Source: Bacteroidales bacterium | GTDB taxonomy: Bacteria; Bacteroidota; Bacteroidia; Bacteroidales; VadinHA17 | Assembly (NCBI GenBank): GCA_003141715.1 | Contig: PLNF01000140.1 | Span: forward strand, 27,427-91,426 | DNA: 64,000 nucleotides | Direction of reading: 5' to 3' | Part shown: in pieces, positions 9,832-20,132 of the stretch | Numbering within the stretch: position 1 is the stretch's first letter | Layout: the number at the start of each line of letters is the position of its first letter | The notes under the pieces: model-generated | Databases searched by the model: none | The model's input: the letters and a program-made list of their open reading frames with translations, nothing else | What the model was told of the DNA's origin: nothing | Made by a program: the position numbers and the translations under genes

Positions 9832-11226
9832 ATGAACCTGAAATATAAAATAAGGACAATTAATACATTATGGCTTATGCTTGTAGCTATAATGATTTTA
9901 GTCTCTTGCAAGGTTACGGAAAACTATAAACGCCCTTCTGGTATTGCAGATATTAAACTATATCGCGATGTAAATACAACGGATACCACCACCATTGCTG
10001 ATATTCCGTGGAAGCAGATATTCAGCGATACTTTGCTGCAAGGATTGATACAGGAGGGAATTGATAATAATCTTGATCTTAAGATTGCCATGGCTCGTAT
10101 AAAACAAGCACAGGCCAACCTGCGGCAAACTAATGCCGCATTTTACCCATCGCTGTATGGACAGCTCAGCGCCACCGATCAAAAGCTTGCCAATACCGGG
10201 AGCAAATCGGAATTCTTTCAGCTGTACGGTAGTTCAAGCTGGGAAGCAGATTTATGGGGTAAACTGAAAAGCACCAAAAGGGCGGCCCTGGCAGCATTGC
10301 TTCAAAGCGACGCTTACAAAAAAGCCGTACTAACGCAGCTGGTTTCAGATATTGCAAATGATTATTATGAATTACTGTCTTACGATGCTCAGTTGCAGGT
10401 GACTCTAAAAACGGTTGAGAATAGGACACTTGATGTAGCTACCATGAAGCAGTTAAAGGAAAGTAATGTGGTGACCGGCGCTGCTGTGGTGCAAAGTGAA
10501 GCCAACCGTTATTCGGCCGAAGTGACAATTCCGGACCTGAGACAAAATATCCGGGAAACTGAAAATGCGTTAAGCATTTTACTTGGCCGAAACCCGGGTG
10601 GCATTGCAAGGGACAGTATTAATAATCAACGGGTTCGCATAGATTTACAAACTGGCATTGCTTTACAACTTTTAGCCAATCGACCCGATGTGCAGGAAGC
10701 CGAATATCAGTTACGTTATTATTTTGAATTGACTAATGTAGCCAGAGCATATTTCTATCCTTCATTGACAATTACGGCAGCAGGTGGTTTATCTAATGTG
10801 AATATTTCCCAGTTGTTCAGTGCATCTTCTTTATTTGGAAATATTATTGGAGGACTGGTACAACCCATTTTTAATCAGGGACTGAATAAACAACGACTAA
10901 GAGTGGCACAGGCACAACAGGAAGAATATATTGCATTATTTAAGAAAACATTACTGGCTGCCGGACAGGATGTATCAAATGCCTTATATAATTATCAGGC
11001 AGCGACGGATAAGATGAAAATCCGTTCTCTACAGATTGGTTTTTTGGAGAAATCAGTTGAATTTACCAAAGAACTGCTAAAATACACAGCAAATACCAAC
11101 TACACAGATGTACTTACTTCTGAACAGAGCCTTCTAGCAGCACAGTTGAGCAGTGTTAGCGACAAAGTACAGCAATTACAGGCTATGGTTGCATTGTACA
11201 GAAGCCTGGGTGGAGGATGGAAGTAA
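9832..11226 (+). CDS. Efflux outer-membrane factor lipoprotein (NodT/TolC family)
   Basis: The ORF starts at TTG 9814, overlapping the permease stop. ATG 9832 gives a signal peptide ending VSCK. It has the duplicated TolC-repeat pattern and the C-terminal ALYRSLGGGW motif typical of NodT-type OMFs. Confidence 0.9.
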   Translation: MNLKYKIRTINTLWLMLVAIMILVSCKVTENYKRPSGIADIKLYRDVNTTDTTTIADIPWKQIFSDTLLQGLIQEGIDNNLDLKIAMARIKQAQANLRQTNAAFYPSLYGQLSATDQKLANTGSKSEFFQLYGSSSWEADLWGKLKSTKRAALAALLQSDAYKKAVLTQLVSDIANDYYELLSYDAQLQVTLKTVENRTLDVATMKQLKESNVVTGAAVVQSEANRYSAEVTIPDLRQNIRETENALSILLGRNPGGIARDSINNQRVRIDLQTGIALQLLANRPDVQEAEYQLRYYFELTNVARAYFYPSLTITAAGGLSNVNISQLFSASSLFGNIIGGLVQPIFNQGLNKQRLRVAQAQQEEYIALFKKTLLAAGQDVSNALYNYQAATDKMKIRSLQIGFLEKSVEFTKELLKYTANTNYTDVLTSEQSLLAAQLSSVSDKVQQLQAMVALYRSLGGGWK

Positions 11227-11283
11227 TTAACTAAATCAAATTTAAATTGTTTAATTTACTAAACAGACAAATAAACGACTATT

Positions 11284-11898
11284 ATGAAAACAATTAAAAA
11301 ATCAGGGATTACCCTTATGAGTGTGATCTTTTTTACTGCTTTGACCAGTGTTTATTCTACTTCATTGCAAGCTCAGATCAGGCAATATACAAATCCGGCC
11401 TGGGCGCCTGCCTATTATTCAGGAGTGCGATATTATTATATTCCTGATATCGAAACATTCTATGATTTAGTGAACCAGGATTTTGTCTACCTCGATGACG
11501 GACAATGGCAATTCTCAGACGGATTACCTCCCATGTATAGCGGATTTGATCTGTATAATGCATATGTTGTGGCACTGGATCTGAATGTTTTCCAACCCTG
11601 GATGCATTTTCACCTTTATGTTTCAAATTATCCCAGATACTATTACCGAAACCTTTATAACAAGACTGATATAGCAAATATCAGAGGATTCAACGAAAAT
11701 CAACGGAAACCATTCTACTGGACACCGGAAGCCAAAACCAGGATAACAGAAGCACGTAAAACGAATGCACCAGTACAAAAAACCCGTACAACAAGACCTC
11801 CTCAAAATATAAACTACTATGGGAAAAATATCGGACAACCTGTAAAAGTCAGGTCACAAATGAAAGAAAATACACAGGCAGGACATGAAAAACGTTAG
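11284..11898 (+). CDS. Hypothetical secreted Tyr-rich protein
   Basis: 204 aa with a signal peptide (ending SLQAQ). The mature part is rich in Y/W (PAWAPAYYSGVRYYYIPDIETFYD). I can name no family. Confidence 0.55.
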   Translation: MKTIKKSGITLMSVIFFTALTSVYSTSLQAQIRQYTNPAWAPAYYSGVRYYYIPDIETFYDLVNQDFVYLDDGQWQFSDGLPPMYSGFDLYNAYVVALDLNVFQPWMHFHLYVSNYPRYYYRNLYNKTDIANIRGFNENQRKPFYWTPEAKTRITEARKTNAPVQKTRTTRPPQNINYYGKNIGQPVKVRSQMKENTQAGHEKR

Positions 11899-11926
11899 TT
11901 AATACTTTGACTATTAAAGTATAATA

Positions 11927-11971
11927 AAATGGAAATGCCTTATCAGATTTCCTGATAAGGCATTTCCATTT
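11927..11971. terminator. Bidirectional hairpin terminator between convergent genes
   Basis: Perfect 20-bp stem (AAATGGAAATGCCTTATCAG / CTGATAAGGCATTTCCATTT) with a 5-nt loop ATTTC. A/T runs on both sides. It lies between the stop at 11898 (+) and the stop at 11983 (-). Confidence 0.75.
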
Positions 11972-11982
11972 AAGTTTCCATT

Positions 11983-13203
11983 TTATTCATATCTCAGAGC
12001 ATCAATAGGATCGAGGCTGGCTGCTTTTCTTGCAGGATACCAGCCAAAAAATACCCCGATAACCGTACATACTGCAAAAGATAAAATTTCCGAACTTGGC
12101 AATACAACTATAGGCCATCCCATAGTGGATCCGATTATCTTTGATGCCGCAATACCCAATAAAATACCGATAATACCTCCAGTTATACTCAGTAAAATTG
12201 ATTCAGTAAGGAACTGCAGCAAAATATCAAATCCTTTACCCCCGATTGCCATACGCAGACCAATTTCCCTGGTTCTTTCTGTAACGGATACATACATTAT
12301 GTTCATGATTCCAATACCTCCTACCAGGAGGGAAATCCCGGCTATTGCACCTAGTAAAATTGTCAGGATATTACTTACCGAACTGAATGTGGATAATAAT
12401 TCCGTCTGGTTCCTTATTGTAAAGTCATCCTGGTCAGAAGCTTTAATTTTATGTTGTCTGCGGACAGTTTCTTCTATCTGTGTTGCGGCATCGGCGGTTG
12501 ATTTAGAATCAACGGCTGAAGTATAAATACTCTGTACCCATGTGATTGCAAGTACTCTTTTCTGAACTGTAGTATAAGGTGCAAGTATTAAATCATCCTG
12601 ATCCTGTCCGAAAGTATTCAATCCTTTTGAATCAAGTACTCCAATAACAAGGAACGGTATTTTTTTAAATCTTATAACCTGTCCGACAGGATCTGCACCT
12701 TCACCAAATAAATTTTTCACAACTGTCTGTCCCATAAGACATACTTTTGCGGCACTGCTCAGTTCTCTATCAGTAAACATACGGCCGTTGGTAACTGACC
12801 GCTCCCTTATCTGGAGGTAACTTTCATTTTCGCCGTAAAGAGATGTTGGCCAGTTTAATGCTCCAAATACGGCCTGTCCGTTGCCACGCACTTCAGGTGA
12901 GGCTGCAAGCACTGCAGGACAATCTGATAAAATTGCAGCAACATCTGTTTCTTTCAGACTTTGCATAGTTGAAGCTCCGAACTGTACTCCTCCTCTCTGC
13001 TGTGATCCGGGTACCACAGTAACAAGATTTAATCCCATTCCTGCTATCTGTTGCTGAATGCTGAGCTTAGATCCCTGACCTATTCCAAGCATGGCAATAA
13101 CCGAAGCAACACCTATAATTATACCGAGCATTGTCAGAAAGGCCCTGAGCTTGTTTCTTAACAACGCATTCATTGCAATTTTTAAAAGGTTTTTAATACT
13201 CAT
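11983..13203 (-). CDS. ABC transporter permease, MacB/FtsX family
   Basis: 406 aa. MacB_PCD-type periplasmic domain between TM1 and TM2, and a C-terminal FtsX domain ending ...ARKAASLDPIDALRYE. Confidence 0.9.
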   Translation of the reverse strand: MSIKNLLKIAMNALLRNKLRAFLTMLGIIIGVASVIAMLGIGQGSKLSIQQQIAGMGLNLVTVVPGSQQRGGVQFGASTMQSLKETDVAAILSDCPAVLAASPEVRGNGQAVFGALNWPTSLYGENESYLQIRERSVTNGRMFTDRELSSAAKVCLMGQTVVKNLFGEGADPVGQVIRFKKIPFLVIGVLDSKGLNTFGQDQDDLILAPYTTVQKRVLAITWVQSIYTSAVDSKSTADAATQIEETVRRQHKIKASDQDDFTIRNQTELLSTFSSVSNILTILLGAIAGISLLVGGIGIMNIMYVSVTERTREIGLRMAIGGKGFDILLQFLTESILLSITGGIIGILLGIAASKIIGSTMGWPIVVLPSSEILSFAVCTVIGVFFGWYPARKAASLDPIDALRYE

Positions 13204-13217
13204 TGTTCCTGTGTTAT

Positions 13218-13958
13218 CTAATCTGCTTCGAGTGGAATACTGGCAAGCATTTCGAGTGCATTAATTCTGTCTTTTACTTCACTCTCTCTCAATATTACAC
13301 CATCCTTAAAAATTATATTTCGGGTTGCACATCTGGCAATATCCGGTTCATGAGTTACGAAGACAATTGTTTTGCCTTTATTATTCAGCTCCTGAAAAAG
13401 AGCCATTATTTCATAAGATGTCCGGGTATCAAGGTTTCCTGTGGCTTCATCGGCAAGAATTACTACAGGATCATTAACAAGCGATCGGGCAATAGCAACT
13501 CTCTGTTGCTGGCCTCCTGAAAGTTGGTTCGGTTTATGATGCATCCTGTCAGAAAGCCCGACTGATTCAAGAGCCGATTTAGCTCTCTCAATTCTCTCCT
13601 TGGTTTTTACTGTTTTATTGTAAAGGAGAGGCAATTCGACATTGTCAAGTGCATTTGTTCGCGGGAGAAGATTGTAGGTCTGGAAAACAAAACCAAGTTT
13701 CTGGTTCCTGAGACCTGAAAGGTCGTTTTTACTAAGTGAGGAGATGCTGATACCGTCAAGAATATATTCTCCTTCAGTAGGTTTATCAAGACATCCTATT
13801 ATGTTCAGCATTGTTGATTTTCCCGAACCGCTGGCTCCCATTATAGCCACAAACTCACCTTCATTAACAACCATATCAACCCCTCTGAGGGCATGGACTG
13901 TTACTTCTCCTACATAATAGTCTTTTTTCAGCTTTATTATTTCAATCAGCTTTTTCAT
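13218..13958 (-). CDS. ABC transporter ATP-binding protein (MacB/LolD-like)
   Basis: Walker [10 protein letters not shown], signature [15 protein letters not shown], Walker [13 protein letters not shown] use ATG 13956-13958 ([14 protein letters not shown]). The ORF-track extension to 14069 overlaps the adaptor gene and is Q/L-rich nonsense. Confidence 0.9.
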   Translation of the reverse strand: MKKLIEIIKLKKDYYVGEVTVHALRGVDMVVNEGEFVAIMGASGSGKSTMLNIIGCLDKPTEGEYILDGISISSLSKNDLSGLRNQKLGFVFQTYNLLPRTNALDNVELPLLYNKTVKTKERIERAKSALESVGLSDRMHHKPNQLSGGQQQRVAIARSLVNDPVVILADEATGNLDTRTSYEIMALFQELNNKGKTIVFVTHEPDIARCATRNIIFKDGVILRESEVKDRINALEMLASIPLEAD

Positions 13959-13974
13959 AAATGTGATATCAGTT

Positions 13975-15303
13975 TTATCGTCCTCTTCCGCCTGCCGGTG
14001 GTCTTGTTGGCATAAATGGACTTGTTGTAGTTGGTGCAGCTGCAGTAGTTGTACTTGATTTTCCGCCAAGAGTCATTGAAAGAATAACCTCATCACCTTC
14101 TTTGAGGCCAAATTTTATTTCAGCATTACTGCCGTCTATAGCTCCGGTTGCAACACGAACGCGACGAACCTTGTCTCCTTCTTTTACCCAGACAATGACC
14201 GGTTTTTTACCTGTCTGACCACCTGCCTGGAATCCTCCGGGGTTAGGCTGGTTTGCTGCTGTTCCAGCTGTTCCACCAGTTCCTGCTGTTCCCGCTGTTC
14301 CTTCTGTTCCGGCTGGTCTGCCAGCTCCACCCGTTCCCTGTCTCTGTCCCATTGGATTATTCTTCATGTACTCAGCTAAAAAGGCTGCATCCGGAGTAAA
14401 TCTTAGGGCTTTCCCGGGTATTATAAGAACACTGTCTACCTTTTGAACAAGAACGGTTATGTTTGCAGTCATTCCGGGCATAAGTTTCTTTTCAGGATTG
14501 GGTGCGTTCACTATTACAGTATATGTGACGACATTTGATGTTACAATCGGCTGTAATCTGATCTGCCTTACATCTCCCTTAAATATCTCTGTAGGAAAAG
14601 CATCGACAGTAAAATCAACAGGTTGTCCCTGTTTGACCTGGCCGATATCAGCCTCATCGACATTTGCTTCTACGTGCATCTGCGTCAGGTCATTTGCAAC
14701 CGTAAACAGGTTCGGTGTACTAAAGCTGGATGCCACAGTCTGACCCTGATCTACGGCACGGTTAAGGACAACACCAAGGATTGGTGAAGTTATGTATGCA
14801 TAGTTCAGATTTACTACAGCTTTGTCATATCCGGCCTGGGCAGTCTTAAGGTTAGCGCGTGCTGTTGAATAATTGTATTTCACCTGGTCATAATCAGCCT
14901 GTGCTATAAGCTTTTTATCAAGCAAAGCCTGGTACCTTTCGAATGTTGCACTCTGAAATTCCATTTCACCTTTTGATTGGTCCAATGCGGCCTGAGACTG
15001 TCGAACCTGGGTCTGTAAAGGTGTTGTATCGAGCACTGCTAGAAGTTGATGTTTTTTTACAACGGAGTTGAAGTCTACAAATATTTTATTAATTACTCCT
15101 GAAACCTGTGTACCTATTAAGACTGTTGTATCAGCTTCCAGTGTTCCGGTTGCGGTAATGGTATTTATGATGGTACCCTTTTTAACCTGGGCGGTCTCAT
15201 AAGCGTACTCTTTTGATCCTTTCTTGCATGAACCGGCTAAAATGACATCCAGTGCAATTATTGCGACAATTACTGTCTTTGTAAAATTTCTTCTGCTCTT
15301 CAT
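13975..15303 (-). CDS. Efflux periplasmic adaptor (MacA/HlyD family) with a Gly/Thr/Ala-rich insertion and tail
   Basis: Lipoprotein-type signal (ILAGSCKK), coiled-coil hairpin and beta-barrel regions. Carries an unusual GTGGAGRPAGTEGTAGTAGTGGTAGTAA segment encoded by 9-bp tandem repeats at about 14261-14341. Confidence 0.85.
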   Translation of the reverse strand: MKSRRNFTKTVIVAIIALDVILAGSCKKGSKEYAYETAQVKKGTIINTITATGTLEADTTVLIGTQVSGVINKIFVDFNSVVKKHQLLAVLDTTPLQTQVRQSQAALDQSKGEMEFQSATFERYQALLDKKLIAQADYDQVKYNYSTARANLKTAQAGYDKAVVNLNYAYITSPILGVVLNRAVDQGQTVASSFSTPNLFTVANDLTQMHVEANVDEADIGQVKQGQPVDFTVDAFPTEIFKGDVRQIRLQPIVTSNVVTYTVIVNAPNPEKKLMPGMTANITVLVQKVDSVLIIPGKALRFTPDAAFLAEYMKNNPMGQRQGTGGAGRPAGTEGTAGTAGTGGTAGTAANQPNPGGFQAGGQTGKKPVIVWVKEGDKVRRVRVATGAIDGSNAEIKFGLKEGDEVILSMTLGGKSSTTTAAAPTTTSPFMPTRPPAGGRGR

Positions 15304-15326
15304 TATAATTCTGATTATTTAATTTT

Positions 15327-16700
15327 TTATTTATTTTTATTATTGAATGACAAAGGCTGACCTGCATAAAAATCAAGTATTTTGTAGCTAAAGATCAAAG
15401 CATATTTTGACTGAAGAAAAGTGCTTTGAGATGCAATAAAAGTCGTTTTCTGAATCAGAAAATCAACTGAACTCATTAAACCCCTGTCATACTTTTCACT
15501 TGACACATCGTAAGATTCCTTTACTGCCTGGTAAGCTTCAGCGCTCGCTTCATACTCAATCTGGTTTGATACTACATTCTGACATGCCTGTTCAATAGCC
15601 TTCCTGAGCATATCCTTTGTGTTTAGTTCATTCAGTTCTGCATTGTTTAAGTTCAGCTTTGCTACTTCGACTCCGGTTTTGACCTGTCTGTTCTGATATA
15701 TGGGAATTGAAGCTGAAAGTCCTATTGACGGGCTGATATTGTTTTTAAGCTGATCCCCGAATGTAGTTCCCGGTCGATAACTCGTTGAATAACTCGTTTG
15801 ATAACCTGAATATGAAGTTGATACGCCGGCATTCAAAGAAAGAGATGGGTAATAATTGGCCTTTGCAAGATCAATGCCGAACTGAGTACTTTTTTTGATG
15901 AGTTCAGCATTTTTCACTTCCGGTTTTATCCCCAGTGCAGTCTGATAAATTTCTACAGGATCAGGTATCCGCTTCTGATTGATAAGACTGTCAAGATTCG
16001 GATGTTGTATCTGAAAGTCGCTGGTTATAGGAAACTCCATTATCTGCATCAGTGCTATCCTGTTAATGGCCAGCTGGCTCTGGGCTGTGGCTAGAGTTTG
16101 TTTTTCCGTAGCCAACTGCGATTTTACCTGCAGATAATCTGAATTTGCTATAGCACCCAGCTTCAGTCTCTCACCTGCCAGGTTCAATTGTTGTGCCAAT
16201 GAAGCAATCTGATCTGTATCGTTTTTGACCTGTTCCTCCGAATAGAGAACCTGCAGATAGGCGTTCAGCACATTAAGACTCACAGTTTCTTTAATGACCT
16301 CAATATTATATTGAGAAGCTTCATAATTTGTTTCAGTTAGCTTTACATTATTACGAATCTTGGATCCGTTATAGATTGTCATTGCAGAACCGGCTGATAT
16401 ATTTACTCCGTCCGTTCCTTTGAAAGTAGTAGTTCCTGTTGTGGAATTTACTACATTGTTCCAGTTGTAACTCTGTCTTGCGGAACTACTCAGATAAGGA
16501 TACCATGATGCTTTTGCCAGCATCAGGTTTTCATTACTTATGCTGCTGCTTACCTGAGCCTGTTGCACCTGTATATTCTTCTCAAGGGCATACTGTATGC
16601 AATCATCAACGGTCCAGACTTTTTTCTGGGCATTTAAATAGCAACCGGATGTTATGCTAAAGAAACAAGATATTATTGAAATTGAAAATCTGTAATTCAT
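15327..16700 (-). CDS. TolC-family outer-membrane efflux protein
   Basis: 457 aa with a signal peptide and duplicated TolC repeats (WTVDDCIQYALEKNIQVQQA...). It is the first gene of the minus-strand TolC-MacA-MacB operon. Confidence 0.85.
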   Translation of the reverse strand: MNYRFSISIISCFFSITSGCYLNAQKKVWTVDDCIQYALEKNIQVQQAQVSSSISNENLMLAKASWYPYLSSSARQSYNWNNVVNSTTGTTTFKGTDGVNISAGSAMTIYNGSKIRNNVKLTETNYEASQYNIEVIKETVSLNVLNAYLQVLYSEEQVKNDTDQIASLAQQLNLAGERLKLGAIANSDYLQVKSQLATEKQTLATAQSQLAINRIALMQIMEFPITSDFQIQHPNLDSLINQKRIPDPVEIYQTALGIKPEVKNAELIKKSTQFGIDLAKANYYPSLSLNAGVSTSYSGYQTSYSTSYRPGTTFGDQLKNNISPSIGLSASIPIYQNRQVKTGVEVAKLNLNNAELNELNTKDMLRKAIEQACQNVVSNQIEYEASAEAYQAVKESYDVSSEKYDRGLMSSVDFLIQKTTFIASQSTFLQSKYALIFSYKILDFYAGQPLSFNNKNK

Positions 16701-17111
16701 TTCTTGTGATTTTGGTCCTTTTGTATTTAGAATTCGAGTATCTGTTTAAACTTCTGATTTTTTTGTTTCACTAAGTTAGCTGTTTTCAGTCAAAGTTCAT
16801 ATAAAGACATGTTCATTGGGAGTTTTATTCCTTTAAATTGAACAGGTGATGAAAGTTTAACGTATTTTAACAATTGTTACACTATTAACAAAAGAAGATG
16901 AAAAAGGTTTAAACCATGTGAAACAAAAAAACTTATCAGCTGTCATGTATTGTACTCTCCTGATGATTATACTTCAGCACAATGGGAAGGTATTATAAAT
17001 TGCATGGCTCCAAATACCAGTATATCGGCGTCAGAAATTTTATTGGTTACCAAGTACGTTTCCGGGGGGAAATAGTAACTTTAAGCTTTAAACATGTAAA
17101 GCCAAATTAAG

Positions 17112-18842
17112 ATGTCGACGAAAAATACTTTGAATAAGTTCTGGATTTCAGCGGTATTCTTTTTAGTATTAACACTTTTCAGTTTCAGCCAGGTAAAAGA
17201 AAATAATTCAGCTAAAGAAACTCGGACAAATCAGCTTCAGATTCCTCACCTGGAAAAGCAAGGTTCAGCTACCAGGCTTATCGTTGAAGGAAAACCATTA
17301 CTTCTGATCTCCGGTGAACTCCATAATTCCACTTGCGGAGGATTTGACTATATGAGACCAGTCTGGAAACAATTAGCCGGAAAGAACCTTAATTCTGTTA
17401 TTGCCACAGTTTCATGGGAACTTGTTGAACCTGAAGAGGGAAAATTTGATTTTGCATTGGTGGACAGCATAATAGCAGGAGCAAGAAAAGCAAATCTTAA
17501 GTTGGGATTAATCTGGTTTGCCAGTTGGAAAAATGGGAGTTCAGTCTATGCCCCTGCATGGGTGAAGAAAGATTATGAAAAATACCCCAGGGTGAAGGAT
17601 GAAAATGGTAAACCGCTTGACATTTTATCAACGTTCGGAAATGCGTCATGTGATGCAGATGCAAAAGCATTTGCAGCTCTCATGGGTCATATTAAAGAAG
17701 TAGATAGTGAAAAACAGACAGTAGTGATAATTCAGGTTGAAAATGAGATGGGAGTGGTTGATGCTTTAGGGAAAACTGTTGGAAATGCAAGGAGGGATTT
17801 CAGCGATCCGGCTAATGTGGCATTCCATGGCCCAGTACCTCAGATATTTATTGATTATCTTGTTAAACATAAAGATAGCTTGTTCCCTGAACTTTATAAG
17901 GTATGGTCGGCAAATGGTTTTAAAACATCCGGATCGTGGGAAGAAGTATTTGGTAAAAGCGTATTGAAACCTGAAATGAAAGACTGGCAATTTTACTCTT
18001 ATTATACTGAAGAACTTTTTATGGCATGGAATTATGCCCGGTATGTCGAAAAAGTTGCATCATCAGGAAAGAAAGAATATCCATTGCCAATGTACGTGAA
18101 CGCATGGTTAAAACAACCTTTCAGTTACTGGCCCGGAAAATATCCTTCCGGAGGTCCATTGCCTCAGGTCCTTGACGTCTGGAGGGCAGCCAATACTTCG
18201 ATTGATTTTATTGCTCCGGATATTTACATGGATGAATTTGGCTGGGTTTGCCAGGAATACACCAGAAACGGGAATCCTTTATTTATACCTGAGACAAGAG
18301 GTGGGGAGATTGGTGCCGCAAGGGTATTTTATGTCTTGGGGCAATACAATGCCGGATGTTTTGCTCCATTCGGTATTGATGACATTGTAAATGCAAAAAA
18401 CAATCCGCTTGAGGAAAGTTATGCGGTACTGCAAAATATGTCTGAGGCTATTCTTGAACATCAGGGCAATGGAACTATGAAAGGGATACTTGTTGATAAG
18501 AAATCACCGGTTCAAAGGTTCGAACTTGGAGACTATATAATTGAAGCCAGATTTGAAGGAGGAGAGAAGTCTGAAATTGCCGGAGGTTTAATAATACAAA
18601 CAGGTAAGCAGGAATATATTTGTGCAGGCAAAGGTCTTGATGTTCTTTTTATTCCTAAGGATGATTCAATGCATATAGCGCTGGAGGCTGTCTATGAAGG
18701 TACTTTTAAAGCCGGGAAATGGGTAAATGGAAGAAGGTTGAACGGAGATGAAATTCATACGAGCTTGTTTACCGGGACAGGTCTGAGAATTCCTGACAAC
18801 AAGGTAAGTATCCAGAAAGTTACTCTTTTCCGGTACAAATAA
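17112..18842 (+). CDS. Clan GH-A glycosidase, GH35/GH42-like beta-galactosidase with an additional C-terminal beta-domain
   Basis: Signal peptide. TIM-barrel with the acid/base-type motif IIQVENEMG. The C-terminal ~150 aa resemble the beta-sandwich that follows such catalytic domains in Bacteroidota. Family assignment is approximate. Confidence 0.6.
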   Translation: MSTKNTLNKFWISAVFFLVLTLFSFSQVKENNSAKETRTNQLQIPHLEKQGSATRLIVEGKPLLLISGELHNSTCGGFDYMRPVWKQLAGKNLNSVIATVSWELVEPEEGKFDFALVDSIIAGARKANLKLGLIWFASWKNGSSVYAPAWVKKDYEKYPRVKDENGKPLDILSTFGNASCDADAKAFAALMGHIKEVDSEKQTVVIIQVENEMGVVDALGKTVGNARRDFSDPANVAFHGPVPQIFIDYLVKHKDSLFPELYKVWSANGFKTSGSWEEVFGKSVLKPEMKDWQFYSYYTEELFMAWNYARYVEKVASSGKKEYPLPMYVNAWLKQPFSYWPGKYPSGGPLPQVLDVWRAANTSIDFIAPDIYMDEFGWVCQEYTRNGNPLFIPETRGGEIGAARVFYVLGQYNAGCFAPFGIDDIVNAKNNPLEESYAVLQNMSEAILEHQGNGTMKGILVDKKSPVQRFELGDYIIEARFEGGEKSEIAGGLIIQTGKQEYICAGKGLDVLFIPKDDSMHIALEAVYEGTFKAGKWVNGRRLNGDEIHTSLFTGTGLRIPDNKVSIQKVTLFRYK

Positions 18843-19007
18843 TAGGAGAACTGTGTATTAAAATGAAACAACATGATCTACAATCAATGGTATGTGATCC
18901 TTGAATCGAAGGGATTTTAAAAGCATAAACCATAGTATTATCGTTTTTCTCACTACCTTTATAACTTCCTTTTAATTTTTTAGTTACCATAAATAAACAT
19001 CAAAATT

Positions 19008-19907
19008 ATGACAGTAATAGTAGTAGGGATTATAATTCTCATTATCGGATTTGTGGCTGCAAAAGCAGATGAACCCATGTTGCGGAAATACAGATCAATG
19101 ATTAAAACGGCAGGTGTAATTGTCATTCTGATAGGAATGTCTATTGCATGTATTGTTCAGGTTGAACCCGGTCAGGTGGGTGTACAGAAGTTGTTTGGGA
19201 AAGTAAATAGCAATATCCTTGAAAGCGGGTTAAACATTATTAACCCATTGGTCCAGGTTGTTATGTTCGATGTAAGGACGGAAAATTATACCATGTCGGG
19301 GGTACAGGATGAGGGATCAAAACAAGGCGATGATGCCATTCGCGTTTTAACAGCAGATGGACTCGAGGTTGTGATCGACCTTACTGTATTGTACAAAGTT
19401 ATCCCTACCGAAGCGCCAAGGATTCTTAAAGAGGTTGGTACCGATTACCGGAATGTTCTGGTCCGTCCGATTTGCAGAACAAAAATCAGGGACAATGCGG
19501 TTTATTATGATGCTGTTGCACTTTACTCGACCAAAAGAGATGAATTTCAATCAAAAATATTTGCAACTATTGAAACAAACTTCAAAGAAAGAGGTTTGCT
19601 TCTGGAGCAACTTTTAGTAAGGAATATCACACTGCCCGCCTCGGTAAAAGCCTCTATTGAATCAAAAATAAATGCAGAGCAGGATGCACAAAAAATGCAA
19701 TTTGTATTGCAAAAGGAAACCCAGGAAGCTCAAAGGAAAAGAGTTGAGGCGCAAGGTATAGCCGATTATCAGAAAATATTAAGCACAGGACTTAGTGACA
19801 AGCTGTTGCAGTATGAAATGATTAAAGCCATTACTAATTCGCCTAATGCCAAGCTGATCTTTATGACAAACGGGAAAAACCTTCCAATGATGGTAGATAG
19901 CAAGTAA
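19008..19907 (+). CDS. SPFH/Band-7 (prohibitin/HflC-like) membrane protein
   Basis: N-terminal TM segments, then an SPFH core (VEPGQVGVQKLFGK...DAIRVLTADGLEVVIDLTVLYKV) and an A/E/Q-rich coiled-coil tail. Confidence 0.85.
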   Translation: MTVIVVGIIILIIGFVAAKADEPMLRKYRSMIKTAGVIVILIGMSIACIVQVEPGQVGVQKLFGKVNSNILESGLNIINPLVQVVMFDVRTENYTMSGVQDEGSKQGDDAIRVLTADGLEVVIDLTVLYKVIPTEAPRILKEVGTDYRNVLVRPICRTKIRDNAVYYDAVALYSTKRDEFQSKIFATIETNFKERGLLLEQLLVRNITLPASVKASIESKINAEQDAQKMQFVLQKETQEAQRKRVEAQGIADYQKILSTGLSDKLLQYEMIKAITNSPNAKLIFMTNGKNLPMMVDSK

Positions 19908-19918
19908 CTTCTGATTCA

Positions 19919-20054
19919 TAGCCCCCTGTCCCGCTGAGGCGAGACATCCCCCTTTCCTCGGCGAAGCTCGGAAGGGGGATTAATTTTGTGGATTTACCTG
20001 AATTACATTTGTGGGCAAAAATTAGCCCCCCTATAGGGGGGGACGGGGGGCTAA
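19919..20054 (+). repeat. GC-rich composite hairpin element (same family as 47311-47423, opposite orientation)
   Basis: GCCCCCTGTCCCGCTGAGG..., then an AT-rich spacer, then AAAATTAGCCCCCCTATAGGGGGGGACGGGGGGC. Matching anchors are found in the reverse complement of 47311-47423 (CTGCCCGCTGAAG; AAAATTAGCCCCTCTTGAGGGAGGTTGGGGGGC). Confidence 0.6.
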
Positions 20055-20055
20055 T

Positions 20056-20095
20056 AAAGTCCGAAATAACACTTGTTTGTTCCTACGGACTTTTT
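20056..20095 (+). terminator. Candidate intrinsic terminator after the SPFH gene
   Basis: 8-bp stem AAAGTCCG/CGGACTTT with a large 22-nt loop, followed by TTTTT. The loop size makes this uncertain. Confidence 0.4.
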
Positions 20096-20132
20096 GCAGA
20101 CTTGGACTTGAATTATGACCTGAAATTTGAAT

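Noticed and set aside
13959-14069. ORF-track extension of the ABC ATPase (MAENQVQLLQLHQL...)
   Set aside because: It overlaps the 3' end of the adaptor gene in another frame, and a canonical ATG (13958) directly precedes the conserved N-terminus.
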